Assembly (NCBI GenBank): GCA_963812605.1
Contig: CAWEWF010000014.1
Span: 352,001 to 416,000, forward strand
DNA length: 64,000 nucleotides
Reading direction: 5' to 3'
Origin: an uncultured Verrucomicrobiae bacterium
GTDB lineage: Bacteria; Verrucomicrobiota; Verrucomicrobiia; Palsa-1439
The position numbers and the translations under genes are program-made. The notes under the pieces are model-generated. The model did not search any database. It was not told the origin of the DNA and worked only from the letters and a program-made list of their open reading frames with translations. Positions 50,144 through 60,187 of this stretch are shown here, piece after piece (position 1 is the first letter of the stretch; each line of letters begins with the position of its first letter).

Positions 50144-52153
50144 ATGAAAATCACTCGAATTTTTGCGGTTATGACCTTGGCTGTGGCGGCAGGTGTTGGC
50201 GGCGCCTACGCGCAGACACTGACCACGCTCTACAGTTTCTGCAGCATTACCAACATTGGCGATATCTGTACTGATGGCAGTAATCCCAGTCACCTCATCC
50301 TGGGTAACGACGGCAATTTTTATGGTGCAACCTCATCCGGTGGCACCAATGACTTCGGGACGATATTCAAGCTCACGCCGGAGGGCACTTTGAGCACACT
50401 CCATCAATTTAGCGGAGATCTGGGCGTGGCCGACGGTACTTCTCCGTTCTTGAACCTGGAGAGTGGCGGTCTTTTTTACGGCGTGACGACTGCCGGGGGA
50501 ACGAACAATCATGGTACGATCTTCACCATCACGTCGGCAGGAACTTTCACCATCCTCCATCAGTTTAGCGGGACAAATGGCGTGGCCGACGGTTCCGGGC
50601 CGGAACTTCTTCTACCGTCTGGCTCCTCGTTTATCGGCAACACGGTATTAGGGGGGACGAACAACGACGGCACAATTTACACGATTACGCCCGCGGGAAC
50701 ACTCACTACCATCCGTCAGTTTAGCGGGACAAATGGCGTTGCCGACGGCTCGTTTCCCATAGTAACACTGGCGGACGGCGCTAATTTTATCGGCACGAGC
50801 TTCAACGGGGAAACGTTCACCACGGGCACGGTGTTCCAGATTACCGCCGGTGGCGTTCTCACACCGCTCCATACATTTGACGGCACGAACGGCAGCGAAC
50901 CTGTCATCCTTGCGAAGAACGGCGCGAATTTTATCGGCACCACCGCGAACGGGGGATCCAATGGCTTTGGCACGGCGTTCGAGATGACGCCGCAGGGGAC
51001 GCTGACCACGTTCTATCAGTTTAGCGGAACCAATGGCGTGATGGACGGTTCTACGCCTGGGTTGGAGCCCATTACCGATAGCGCAGGCGCCTATTACGGT
51101 GTAACGCAAGATGGGGGAACAAACAGTCAGGGGCTGATCTTCACCCTGACCACGTCAGGAACGCTGACGCATGTGTATGACTTCTGTAGCCTCACGAACT
51201 GCACGGATGGCACTGCACCAGACGGTTTTATATCGAGCGGCGGGGCTTTGTACGGCACGACGGATGACGGGGGAGCAAACGGCAGTGGCGGCACGGTCTT
51301 TAAACTCATTCCGGCCGGTGGCATTGGCGGCGGTGGCGGTGGTGGCGGTTGCACGTTTGAACTTGGCGCGAGCAGCGGCACGTTTACGGCGTCAGGCGGA
51401 AACGGTACCGTCAGCGTCATCGCGTCCAACGGCTGTACGTGGACAGCTACGAACAACGACAGCTTTATCACGATCACTTCTGGCAGCAGCGGCTCCGGCA
51501 ACGGAACGGTCCATTATACAGTCGCCGCTAATAGCAGCACCAATGCTCTCATCGGCACGATGACCATCGCAGGAAACACGTTCACGGTGAACCAAGCGGG
51601 AGCGGCGGTTCAGGGCGAGTGCACGTTTACGCTGAGCCCGACCAGCATCACACTGACAGACAAAGGCGGTAAGAAGAGCGTCAGCATTAAAGCCGTGGGC
51701 ACGAGCTGCATCTGGACGGCGGTCAGCAATGACGGTTTCATCACGATTATTGCCGGCACCAACGGCACGGGCAATGGCAAGGTTGAGTTCACTGTTGCCG
51801 GCAACACAAACACGACGGCCCTGGTCGGAACGATAACGATTGCCGGCCAGACGTTCACGGTCAATCAGGCTGCCGGGGGATGCACCTTCAAGCTGAGTCC
51901 CAAAGCCGGCAAGCTCAAGGCCACCGGCGGCACGAAGACGGTGAAGGTGACCCCGAACTTTAGCGATTGCACGTGGTCGGCGTTCAGCAATAGTGGGTTT
52001 ATCACGATCACCGGGGGGACGAACGGTGTTGGCAAGGGAACCGTCACTTACGTCGTATCGACCAATGCAACCAGCAACATCCTCACCGGCTCGATGACCA
52101 TTGCCGGGCACACATACACGGTGATAGAAGCAGCCGCGAAGCCGGCGCCTTAA
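50144..52153 (+). CDS. Surface protein: GloVer-type tandem repeats + three BACON-like domains
   Basis: Signal peptide; repeats YG.T..GG....GTIF.IT..GT.T.LH.F; Gly linker; 3x CTF.L....CTW.A.S...FITI..G..G.GNG.V.YTV..N. Confidence 0.85.
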   Translation: MKITRIFAVMTLAVAAGVGGAYAQTLTTLYSFCSITNIGDICTDGSNPSHLILGNDGNFYGATSSGGTNDFGTIFKLTPEGTLSTLHQFSGDLGVADGTSPFLNLESGGLFYGVTTAGGTNNHGTIFTITSAGTFTILHQFSGTNGVADGSGPELLLPSGSSFIGNTVLGGTNNDGTIYTITPAGTLTTIRQFSGTNGVADGSFPIVTLADGANFIGTSFNGETFTTGTVFQITAGGVLTPLHTFDGTNGSEPVILAKNGANFIGTTANGGSNGFGTAFEMTPQGTLTTFYQFSGTNGVMDGSTPGLEPITDSAGAYYGVTQDGGTNSQGLIFTLTTSGTLTHVYDFCSLTNCTDGTAPDGFISSGGALYGTTDDGGANGSGGTVFKLIPAGGIGGGGGGGGCTFELGASSGTFTASGGNGTVSVIASNGCTWTATNNDSFITITSGSSGSGNGTVHYTVAANSSTNALIGTMTIAGNTFTVNQAGAAVQGECTFTLSPTSITLTDKGGKKSVSIKAVGTSCIWTAVSNDGFITIIAGTNGTGNGKVEFTVAGNTNTTALVGTITIAGQTFTVNQAAGGCTFKLSPKAGKLKATGGTKTVKVTPNFSDCTWSAFSNSGFITITGGTNGVGKGTVTYVVSTNATSNILTGSMTIAGHTYTVIEAAAKPAP

Positions 52154-52244
52154 TCCCGCAAGATAGTTGACGGAACGAGCGGTTGCGAAAAGTGGAGTGG
52201 GCGAGGGCCCATTCTAACGCACAGGAGGTGTGTCTCCTGCGCGT

Positions 52245-52716
52245 TTATGGAGACTTGGCGCCCGAGGCGGTGGCTTTCTCGATCTGGGCTTTGATGTCCG
52301 GCGGTTCGGTGGCTGAGGCAATTACTTTGTCCTCGGAAAACACCTGGACGGAATAGCCCAGGGCTTTGCCGTCCGCGCTGTCAGTATCGAACTCGTACGT
52401 CTTGCCGATTTCGACGTCCACGGTCTTTTCTCCCTGGGGCGCGGTGTATTTTTTGTCCGGGGTTTGCGCCAGGGTTTTCCATTCTACGCGGAGGCTTTTC
52501 AACGGCTTGTTGCCGGCGTTTTGGATGCTGATGGTGTAATGAGCCGAGGCGGGATCCCCGCGCACGGCCATGGTCGAGTCGCCCTTCTTGTTATATTTCT
52601 GCACCTTCATCACCGAGAGGCGGACGAGTTGGACCTGGGCCTCGGACGACTGTGGTCGTAGACGCCAGGAACAAAGAAATCGCCCCGACTGCAAAACAAG
52701 TATTCATCGTTCTCAT
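52245..52716 (-). CDS. Secreted hypothetical protein; frameshift near 52650
   Basis: Signal peptide MRTMNTCFAVGAISLFLA joins EAQVQLVRL... in the adjacent frame. Confidence 0.6.
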
Positions 52717-52864
52717 AAGCTCACTCCGTCCAGCCTGTAAACCGATTCACTTATACGCTTGTCGAATTCTCGCCGACAAGTGTTTTCGATTATGCGGGAC
52801 TCACAGTGTTTCTCGAATACAGAAGCTTTCATTGGTTGCGGACTTGTAGTAAATAGGCGGTGTT

Positions 52865-53361
52865 ATGAAAAATCTATGTGCTTACCTCGTTCTTGCAAGC
52901 GCTACGGTCTTCTGGTCGGGCTGCGCCAATCAACACAGGCTGGTCCTCAATCCGGTTGGGCGGCTCCCCAAATCTCCGGTACCGGCGTCAACGGCACACT
53001 CGTGGTTTTCTCGGCGTATGCGGTTACATCGCCCGGCGTGGGTGACTTTGAGCACCGCCAGCATTATTCGGATTACAAAATCCTATCCGAGGACGGGAAA
53101 ATCCTCCAAACCGTCCATAACGATCGCGGTACCATGATGAAGGAAGCATCGCGAGTGCATTTGCCCGCCGGGAAGTACCGGATCGTCGCCAACGCCAATG
53201 GTTACGGAACCGTCATCGTGCCCGTGGTGATTGCCACGAACCAAACGACCCTGTTGCATCTTGAGGGCGGTTATTCCTGGCCGAGCGATGCGGCGCTCAA
53301 CCAGGCGAATTCCGTGCGCCTGCCCGACGGAGAAATTGTCGGCTGGCGAGCCACAGAGTAG
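52865..53361 (+). CDS. Hypothetical lipoprotein; frameshift near 52960
   Basis: FWSGC lipobox in ORF 52865; body (GTLVVFSAY, LPAGKY.IVA) in ORF ending 53361. Confidence 0.65.
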
Positions 53362-53476
53362 AATCTCCCGCACGGCAACGAGCTATGAAGTTGGGTGGGT
53401 TCGCGCGGCGGAAAAGCGCGCGATAATCTTCGGGGCTGACAAGCCCGGGGCGGTGTGCTACACGTAGCGGCCTTTT

Positions 53477-54121
53477 ATGCAATGGATTCACCAATTCGCC
53501 GATCTGTTCCTGCATCTGGACAAGCATCTGAATGACGCGATGCAGACGCATGGGACGGCCTGGACCTACACGATTTTGTTCCTCATCATTTTTTGTGAGA
53601 CGGGACTGGTAGTGACGCCGTTCTTGCCGGGCGATTCGCTCCTGTTTGCCGCGGGAGCGCTGGCGGCGGCGGCAGGCAGCCCGTTAAGCGTGGCGTGGCT
53701 GTGTGGATTGCTTTGCGCGGCTGCCATTGGGGGAAACACAGTGAATTACTCGGTCGGCCGGCTTTTTGGTGACAAGCTGGCGGCGAAGTTCCCGCGAATC
53801 GTGAAGAAGGAGTACCTCGACAAGACGCACGCCTTCTACGAAAAATATGGCGGCGAGACGATCATTATCACGCGGTTCGTGCCGATTGTGCGAACGTTCG
53901 CGCCGTTCGTGGCGGGCGTGGGGCACATGACGTACCTGAGGTTCAGCGCCTATAATTTTGTGGGGGGAGTCTTGTGGGTGGGGTTGCTGCTGTTTGGCGG
54001 TTACTGGTTCGGGCAATTGGAATTTGTGAAGGCGCACTTTGGCATTGTGGAAGTGGCGATCATTTTTATCTCGATCCTGCCGATGGTGATTGAGTACTTG
54101 CGTCACCGCCAGAAAGTGTGA
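53477..54121 (+). CDS. dedA: DedA family membrane protein
   Basis: FCETGLVVTPFLPGDSLLF, FYEKYG, RFVPIVRTFAPFVAG. Confidence 0.93.
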   Translation: MQWIHQFADLFLHLDKHLNDAMQTHGTAWTYTILFLIIFCETGLVVTPFLPGDSLLFAAGALAAAAGSPLSVAWLCGLLCAAAIGGNTVNYSVGRLFGDKLAAKFPRIVKKEYLDKTHAFYEKYGGETIIITRFVPIVRTFAPFVAGVGHMTYLRFSAYNFVGGVLWVGLLLFGGYWFGQLEFVKAHFGIVEVAIIFISILPMVIEYLRHRQKV

Positions 54122-54144
54122 TTAAGTAACGAGTCACCCACAGT

Positions 54145-54222
54145 CGGGACGTAGCGCAGTTTGGCTAGCGCGCTTGGTTCGGGACCAAGAGGTCGCGGGT
54201 TCAAATCCCGCCGTCCCGACCA
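54145..54222 (+). tRNA. tRNA-Pro(CGG)
   Basis: Acceptor CGGGACG/CGTCCCG, anticodon arm CTTGG-TTCGGGA-CCAAG, T loop TTCAAAT, encoded CCA. Confidence 0.95.
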
Positions 54223-54240
54223 TCTTCTCAAGATGGTCGA

Positions 54241-54510
54241 ATGCAGGATACCGCCGTATATGTGTATGTACTCTGTAGCGTAAATGACGACTGGTACTAC
54301 GTCGGCTGTTCGACCGACCCGCAACGCAGGTTCATCGAGCACAATTCCGGAAAGAGCAAATCCACGCGTCATCATCGGCCCTATCAGTTGGCCTACACGG
54401 AGCAATTTCCGAATTTGTCGGCTGCACGCAAGCGAGAGCAAGAGATCAAACGGAAGAAGAGCCGTCGGTATATTGACTGGCTGATTGCGGGGCGAATCGG
54501 AGCGGTGTGA
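54241..54510 (+). CDS. Small stand-alone GIY-YIG nuclease
   Basis: YVYVL, YYVG, RR..EHN.G.SKST...RP, A..RE..IK. Confidence 0.92.
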   Translation: MQDTAVYVYVLCSVNDDWYYVGCSTDPQRRFIEHNSGKSKSTRHHRPYQLAYTEQFPNLSAARKREQEIKRKKSRRYIDWLIAGRIGAV

Positions 54511-54515
54511 AGTTC

Positions 54516-54591
54516 GCGCGCCCCGAAAGCTTTCGGGGAGGTCGTCCCGACGGATGTCGGGACCGTCCCGACCATCTTCCCAAGATGGTCG
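54516..54591 (+). repeat. tRNA-Pro 3'-half copy with both arms replaced by palindromes
   Basis: GCGCG-[CCCCGAAAGCTTTCGGGG]-AGGTCG-[TCCCGACGGATGTCGGGA]-CCGTCCCGACCATCTTCCCAAGATGGTCG; last 29 nt are 28/29 identical to 54211-54239. Confidence 0.88.
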
Positions 54592-55419
54592 CTAGTGCGG
54601 GAGCCAAACGGGCTTGCCCTGGAATTTGAACCCTTTGTGTTCAAGTGCCTTGATCAATTTGCCAAGCCAGTGCAGCAACATGTCGAACCGCCGGAACAAG
54701 GCGTCTTCGGATTTGCGCTCGCTGTCGGCGCCACCGGAAAGGAGCGAGGTCGATCCGGTCTGCTGGACATGAATCCCGCGCGAGCGGCGTGAAAGTTCCG
54801 TTTTCCAGCGCTCCAGCGCCACCAGTCGCGCTTCGAGGGTGTAATCAACCGGCTTGATTTTTTTCAGCACTTCCTTGTCCGCCGTGGTCAACTGCCCGTG
54901 CTTGACGAACGTATCGACGATCACCGGACACAGGCGTTCCACCGCTTCGAGATGCTCGAACGCAGGCGGCACGGCGGCGGCCGGAGCTTCGGGAAGGGCT
55001 GCCGGCGGCGCGGACGGTGCGGCCATCTTGACCGGTTCAGGGGCGGGGCCAAACGATTTGATCAGGCCGGTGCTCGCACGATGTCCACCGACATGCAACA
55101 CCTTGACGGCGCCATGCTCGGCCTTCAATTCCAGGTCGATTTCCTCCGGCGTGGCGATGGTCAGCGTGAGTGTTTGGGCCGATGGATCGATGGTCGAGCG
55201 CAGCGATTTCGCCCGGAACAACTCTTGCAGGCCTTCGACGTTATGGGCATTCTGGAAGCCGATGATGTCGAGGTGGGTCATGGCGTCGACCACGAGCAAC
55301 ACGTCATCGCCGGGCGGTGTGAGGTGCACGTTGAGGGTATTGTGGATGGCCAGCGAAAGCTGGTCAAGATTCGGATGCTTCTGCCCGCCGCTGCCGAACA
55401 TTCCGCCGAATAGTGCCAT
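54592..55419 (-). CDS. Hypothetical protein
   Basis: 275 aa, SD GGAG, two regions joined by a Pro/Ala linker. Confidence 0.75.
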   Translation of the reverse strand: MALFGGMFGSGGQKHPNLDQLSLAIHNTLNVHLTPPGDDVLLVVDAMTHLDIIGFQNAHNVEGLQELFRAKSLRSTIDPSAQTLTLTIATPEEIDLELKAEHGAVKVLHVGGHRASTGLIKSFGPAPEPVKMAAPSAPPAALPEAPAAAVPPAFEHLEAVERLCPVIVDTFVKHGQLTTADKEVLKKIKPVDYTLEARLVALERWKTELSRRSRGIHVQQTGSTSLLSGGADSERKSEDALFRRFDMLLHWLGKLIKALEHKGFKFQGKPVWLPH

Positions 55420-55562
55420 AAATGCTCCTTCCGGGGTAACAAGCCTACTTTACCGCTAACGCCCGTTGCGAAGCAAGCTCACAATCGGATGGGTGGTATC
55501 CCATTACTCTGCCCTTCGCTTGACTGGGTTGCAGTTTGTCGATAGTCTGACAGCTTGAGTTT

Positions 55563-55838
55563 ATGCGGAAGCGTGCGACGGTCTTTTACACGGGCAGGGT
55601 GCAAGGGGTCGGGTTTCGTTACACCGCGCGCGAAATCGCTTGTGGATATGAACTGACGGGATATGTCCGTAACCTGGATGACGGGCGTGTGGAGCTGGTG
55701 GCCGAGGGCGTGGAGGAAGAGGTCAAGGCGTTCCTGCAAGCGGTGCATGCCAGCCAGCTTGGCAGCCACATTCGCAATACGGACGTGAATTGGAGAGAGG
55801 CCGCGGAAGAATTCCGCGGCTTCGACATACGATACTGA
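55563..55838 (+). CDS. acyP: Acylphosphatase
   Basis: GRVQGVGFR, GYVRNL.DG.VE..AEG. Confidence 0.93.
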   Translation: MRKRATVFYTGRVQGVGFRYTAREIACGYELTGYVRNLDDGRVELVAEGVEEEVKAFLQAVHASQLGSHIRNTDVNWREAAEEFRGFDIRY

Positions 55839-56702
55839 TGGACGCGATTCGAACAGAACAACTGACCAAGAAATACGATTTGGGCTGGCACAAGGGCCGG
55901 CTGCTGGCGCTGGACAAGCTCAACTTGCGCGTGCACGAGGGCGAAGTCTACGGCCTGCTCGGGCCCAACGGCTCGGGCAAGAGCACGACGCTGAAGCTGA
56001 TCCTCGACCTGATCTCGCCAACCGAGGGGAGCGCCTGGCTTTTTGACATCCCCTGCGACAAGGTGGTATCGCGGTTGCATGTTGGGTTTCTTCCCGAGAA
56101 CCCCTATTTCTATCGATACCTGACCGGCGCCGAGACGCTGGTGTTTTACGGGGAACTCTGCGGCATGGGAGGCGCGTCGCTGAAAAAGCGCATCGGGGAG
56201 TTGCTGGATCTGGTCGGCCTGGCTCGGGCCCGGGACCGTGCGACTCTCGGGCTATTCGAAGGGCATGTTGCAGCGCATCGGGTTGGCCCAGGCGCTCATT
56301 CACGATCCCAAGCTCCTGTTGCTTGACGAACCAACCGCCGGCGTGGATCCCATTGGCAGCCGGGACATTCGCGACCTGATTCTGCGGTTGAAGGGCATGG
56401 GCAAAACGGTTTTGCTCAGTTCCCATTTGCTCGCCCAGGTGCAGGACGTGTGTGACCGCATCGGTGTGCTGAACCTCGGACAGATGATCTTGGAAGGCGA
56501 TGTCCAGTCGCTCATCAGCGATCAACGGCGGCTGAGCATTACCGTGCAAGATTTGCCGGAGTCTGCTCGGGCGCGGGTCGAGGAGGCCGTGCGAACTGCT
56601 GGCGCGTCGATCGTGTCGGTGGAGCATCCGCAGACGACGCTGGAAACGTTGTTTCTGGAAGCACTCAAGAAAGATGAACGCGGGATGGGACATCATGACT
56701 GA
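55838..56702 (+). CDS. ABC transporter ATPase; frameshift near 56240
   Basis: GPNGSGKST; YSKGMLQR, LLDEP, SSH in next frame. Confidence 0.92.
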
Positions 56703-57609
56703 AGTTACTGCTGTCGCCGCACCATCGGTAAGCCACGAACACGAGCGGGTCGGGTTTTCCCTGAAACGCGTCAGCGTGATTGGCGTGAACACGTTGACCG
56801 AGGCGATCCGGCAGAAAGTGTTTATCTTTCTGCTGGTCATCGGTTTGGTGTTCATCGCGCTGGCGATTTTTTTCGCGCAGTACAATCTTGGTGAACAGGA
56901 GCAAATCAAGGTCATCAAGGATACTTGCCTCGGCGTCATTTCGGTCATCAGCACTTTGATTGCGATCGTAGGAACCGCGCAGTTGTTGCCGAGTGAGGTG
57001 GAGAACCGGACGATCTACACGATCCTGGCCAAACCGGTGCGGCGCTTCGAGTTTTTGCTCGGTAAGTTTTACGGCAGCGTGCTGCTGCTGGTGTTGAGCA
57101 TCGTGGCCATGTCTTTGATGTTCAGCGCGGTGCTGTGGGTCAAGGAACAGGGCATGATCCGCGAGTTGAGCCAGACCTACCTTGGCGAGACCCACGATGC
57201 CACCGAGGAAGCCAACCGGCAGATCCAGCAACTTAAAATTGCGGTGCTCGATATGAATTTGGTGAAGGCGGTGGTAGCGGACCTGGTGAAGGCGGTACTG
57301 GTGGCGTCGATTACATTGCTCGTGTCGACCTTCTCAACGTCCCTGGTCTTTAACGTGGCGGTGCCGTTTATGATTTACATTGCGGGAATGTTGCGCGGGA
57401 CGGCCGTCGAGATGTGGGGCAGCCATCGGCTGGCCATGGCGGTGCTGGCGATTGTACCGGACTTCGGATTGTTTAGCCTGGCTGACGACATCAATCTCGG
57501 TAATCTCGTGCCGTGGACGCACGTCAGCCAGCTCATCGTTTACGGACTCGGGCGAATGCTATTCATTGTCGTCGCTGCCCACCTGATTTTCAGCCGACGT
57601 GAGATTTAG
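56695..57609 (+). CDS. ABC-2 permease
   Basis: NT..EAIR.K, E.E.RTIYTILAKPV.R.EFLLGKF.G; about six TMs. Confidence 0.88.
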   Translation: MTEVTAVAAPSVSHEHERVGFSLKRVSVIGVNTLTEAIRQKVFIFLLVIGLVFIALAIFFAQYNLGEQEQIKVIKDTCLGVISVISTLIAIVGTAQLLPSEVENRTIYTILAKPVRRFEFLLGKFYGSVLLLVLSIVAMSLMFSAVLWVKEQGMIRELSQTYLGETHDATEEANRQIQQLKIAVLDMNLVKAVVADLVKAVLVASITLLVSTFSTSLVFNVAVPFMIYIAGMLRGTAVEMWGSHRLAMAVLAIVPDFGLFSLADDINLGNLVPWTHVSQLIVYGLGRMLFIVVAAHLIFSRREI

Positions 57610-57613
57610 GCGC

Positions 57614-58411
57614 ATGCGCAACAAAATCCTCAGTTTCATCCTTCTCGTGGCAATCGGTTTGGTCTTCTTGCCGCTGGAGAACTCTGTCCGCGCGGAGCGA
57701 AGGCTATTGAAGTATGGCGGGGCCCGGGTTTCGATCAAACTCCGTGATGCGATCGGCCAGAACCTCGCGATTGCGCTGCTCGCGGGAATGCGGGGTGTAG
57801 TCGCGGACTTTTTGTGGATCAACGGCCATGGTTACTGGGAAAAGAAAGAGTGGCTCCGCCAGTACGGCAACATCGAGGCCGTGGCTGCGCTGCAGCCGCA
57901 GGCCGTGATGTTTTGGGACCTTGGCCAATGGCACATGGCATGGAACATCGGCTACGGAGTGCTCTCCGACCCGAAAAACCGCACCAAGGCCGAAGGGATC
58001 AAACGCGAGCGTGAATGGCATGAAAAGGCCCGCGAGTTCCTGGAACGCGGCATCGAAAATATCCCGAATCGCTATGATCTGTATTTTACCATGGGCTGGT
58101 TGTATTACGAAAAACTGAGCAAGGACTGCGACAAACCGCCGTGCCAGGAGGCGTTCTGCAAGGCGGCCGAGTACTTCCGCAAGGCCGCCAGTTTTCCCGA
58201 TGCGCCGCAGTTCGTCGCGCGCTTTTACCCGCGCGCGCTGGAGAAGTGCGGCCAACCAATGGCGGCTTACGAAGAATGGAAGCGCCTGTGGTTCCTCGAC
58301 CACACAAAAGTCCAGCAGTCTTGGAGTGTCATCGAACGCGAAATCCGCGACCTGGAAACCCAATTGCATATTCCCGACGACCAGCGTTTATTTCCTCCAC
58401 CGCTACCATGA
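57614..58411 (+). CDS. Membrane-anchored TPR-like protein
   Basis: N-terminal TM, G.RG.VAD.LW, LQP, WHMAWNI, FLE.GI.N.P. Confidence 0.75.
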   Translation: MRNKILSFILLVAIGLVFLPLENSVRAERRLLKYGGARVSIKLRDAIGQNLAIALLAGMRGVVADFLWINGHGYWEKKEWLRQYGNIEAVAALQPQAVMFWDLGQWHMAWNIGYGVLSDPKNRTKAEGIKREREWHEKAREFLERGIENIPNRYDLYFTMGWLYYEKLSKDCDKPPCQEAFCKAAEYFRKAASFPDAPQFVARFYPRALEKCGQPMAAYEEWKRLWFLDHTKVQQSWSVIEREIRDLETQLHIPDDQRLFPPPLP

Positions 58412-59154
58412 CGACGGCCAAGACAGAACTCCGCTACGCCATCCTGAGCGATATCCATGGCAATCTCGAAGGACTCGAGGCTGTCCTGAAGGATGCGCAG
58501 GAGCAAAAATGCACGCATTACGTTTGCCTCGGTGACATCGTCGGATACGGCCCGAACCCCAAGGAATGCCTCGACATCATCCGCGGCCTCGATTGCCCCG
58601 TCATTATGGGTAATCACGACGAATACTGCGCGTCCGACCTGGATCTGGTGGGTTTCAATGCCATGGCCGCCGAGGCGATTCGCTGGACGCGCGGACAATT
58701 GAGCCCCGAGGACAAGACCTGGTTGCGCGACCTCAAATACGTGCGCAACATCGAGTCGTTTACCATCGTCCACGCGACTCTCGATTTGCCCGAGAGATGG
58801 GCCTACGTCTTCGACCGGCTTTCAGCCCAGGCGAGCTTCAACTACCAGCACACCCCGGTTTGTTTCAACGGTCACACACACGTACCGGTCGCATTCGTCC
58901 GCGGGCCGACCGGCCTCCAGGGCGGCCTCTATTCGAAAATCAAGATCGAGGTGGGCCGCAAATACTTTGTCAATGTCGGTTCCGTCGGCCAGCCGCGTGA
59001 CCGCAATCCCAAGTCCGCCTATGTCATCTTTGATCTCATTGCCAATATCATCGAATTGCGCCGGGTCGATTACGACATCGGGATGACGCAAAAGAAGATT
59101 CGCTCCGCCGGCCTGCCGGAGTCGCTGGCGGAACGCATCGAACACGGTCGTTGA
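58408..59154 (+). CDS. Metallophosphoesterase
   Basis: SDIHGN, GDIVGYGP, GNHD, GHTHVP, NVGSVGQPRD. Confidence 0.92.
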   Translation: MTTAKTELRYAILSDIHGNLEGLEAVLKDAQEQKCTHYVCLGDIVGYGPNPKECLDIIRGLDCPVIMGNHDEYCASDLDLVGFNAMAAEAIRWTRGQLSPEDKTWLRDLKYVRNIESFTIVHATLDLPERWAYVFDRLSAQASFNYQHTPVCFNGHTHVPVAFVRGPTGLQGGLYSKIKIEVGRKYFVNVGSVGQPRDRNPKSAYVIFDLIANIIELRRVDYDIGMTQKKIRSAGLPESLAERIEHGR

Positions 59155-59202
59155 AATAATTCGTGTTTCTTCGTGTGCCTCCGCGGTTTACTATCCGCCC
59201 GC

Positions 59203-60156
59203 ATGCGGATTCTCATCATCAAGCCCAGCTCGCTCGGCGACGTGGTCCACGCGCTGCCGACCGTCAACCTGATCCGCCGGAAATTTCCGGAAGCGCACAT
59301 CACGTGGCTGATTAACGAGTCTCTCACTTCGCTGCTCGAGCATTGTCCGGTCATTGACGAACTCCTGCCGTTCGAACGGCAGCGCTTCCGTTCGCCGTGG
59401 CAACTTCCGGCCTTCACTGCGTTCCTTGGCGCGCTGCGGGGCAAGCGCTTCGACGTGGTCGTTGATCTGCAGGGTCTGCTTCGAAGTGGTCTGATGAGTT
59501 GGGCGACCCGGGCGCCTCGCCGCATCGGCCTGGGCGATGCCCGCGAGGGTGCACGGTTCTTCTACAATGAAATCGTCAAAGTCCCGCGCATTCATGCCGT
59601 TGAGCGCTATCTTTGCGCCGCGCGACATCTTGGATGCGATTCAACTCCCATTGAATTTCCCCTGGGAGTCTCCTCGGACGTCAAATGCGAGGGCCTGATT
59701 GGGGTGAATCCATCGGCGCGTTGGGTCACCAAACTCTGGGGGAACGACAAGTTCGCCGAACTCATTCGCCGTCTGCCTCGCGAGCGCGTGGTGCTTACCG
59801 GTTCTGCCGGGGAACGCGAGGAAATCGAGAAGATCGCGCAAGGTTGCCGCAACTCCGCCGGGGAGACCGACCTCTTTCAACTTGCCGGACTTTATCGCCG
59901 TTGCGCCGTCGTCATTACGAATGATAGCGGCCCCATGCACGTGGCCGCAGCCGTCGGCACGCCTGTCGTCGGTATCTTTGGGGCGAGTGACCCGGCGCTC
60001 ACCGGGCCGTACGGCAAGGAGCATGTTGTCTTGCGCGCCGACATTCCTTGTTCTCCCTGCCTTAAGGACCAGTGCACGAACAAAGTCCGCATGGAGTGCA
60101 TGAAATTGGTGACGGTCGATCAGGTCTTGGCAGCAACCAAGGCTTTTCTTGCCTAG
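59203..60156 (+). CDS. GT9 LPS heptosyltransferase (WaaC/WaaF family)
   Basis: IIKPSSLGDVVH, DLQGL.RS, K.W, NDSGPMH.AAA, C.PC. Confidence 0.92.
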   Translation: MRILIIKPSSLGDVVHALPTVNLIRRKFPEAHITWLINESLTSLLEHCPVIDELLPFERQRFRSPWQLPAFTAFLGALRGKRFDVVVDLQGLLRSGLMSWATRAPRRIGLGDAREGARFFYNEIVKVPRIHAVERYLCAARHLGCDSTPIEFPLGVSSDVKCEGLIGVNPSARWVTKLWGNDKFAELIRRLPRERVVLTGSAGEREEIEKIAQGCRNSAGETDLFQLAGLYRRCAVVITNDSGPMHVAAAVGTPVVGIFGASDPALTGPYGKEHVVLRADIPCSPCLKDQCTNKVRMECMKLVTVDQVLAATKAFLA

Positions 60157-60187
60157 TGCAAACGTTCGCATTATTCTTCCACCCCTA

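Noticed and set aside
50300-51310. Repeated CAGTTTAGCGGGACAAATGGCGT segments as DGR or array
   Set aside because: In-frame repeats of the surface protein; no reverse transcriptase and no A-specific variation noticed.
54145-54591. Classical integrase-borne island with attL/attR
   Set aside because: Only about 300 bp lie between the repeats, there is no recombinase, and the copy has replaced arms.
59160-59188. TTCGTG..TTCGTG short repeat
   Set aside because: Single degenerate occurrence; too weak to call.
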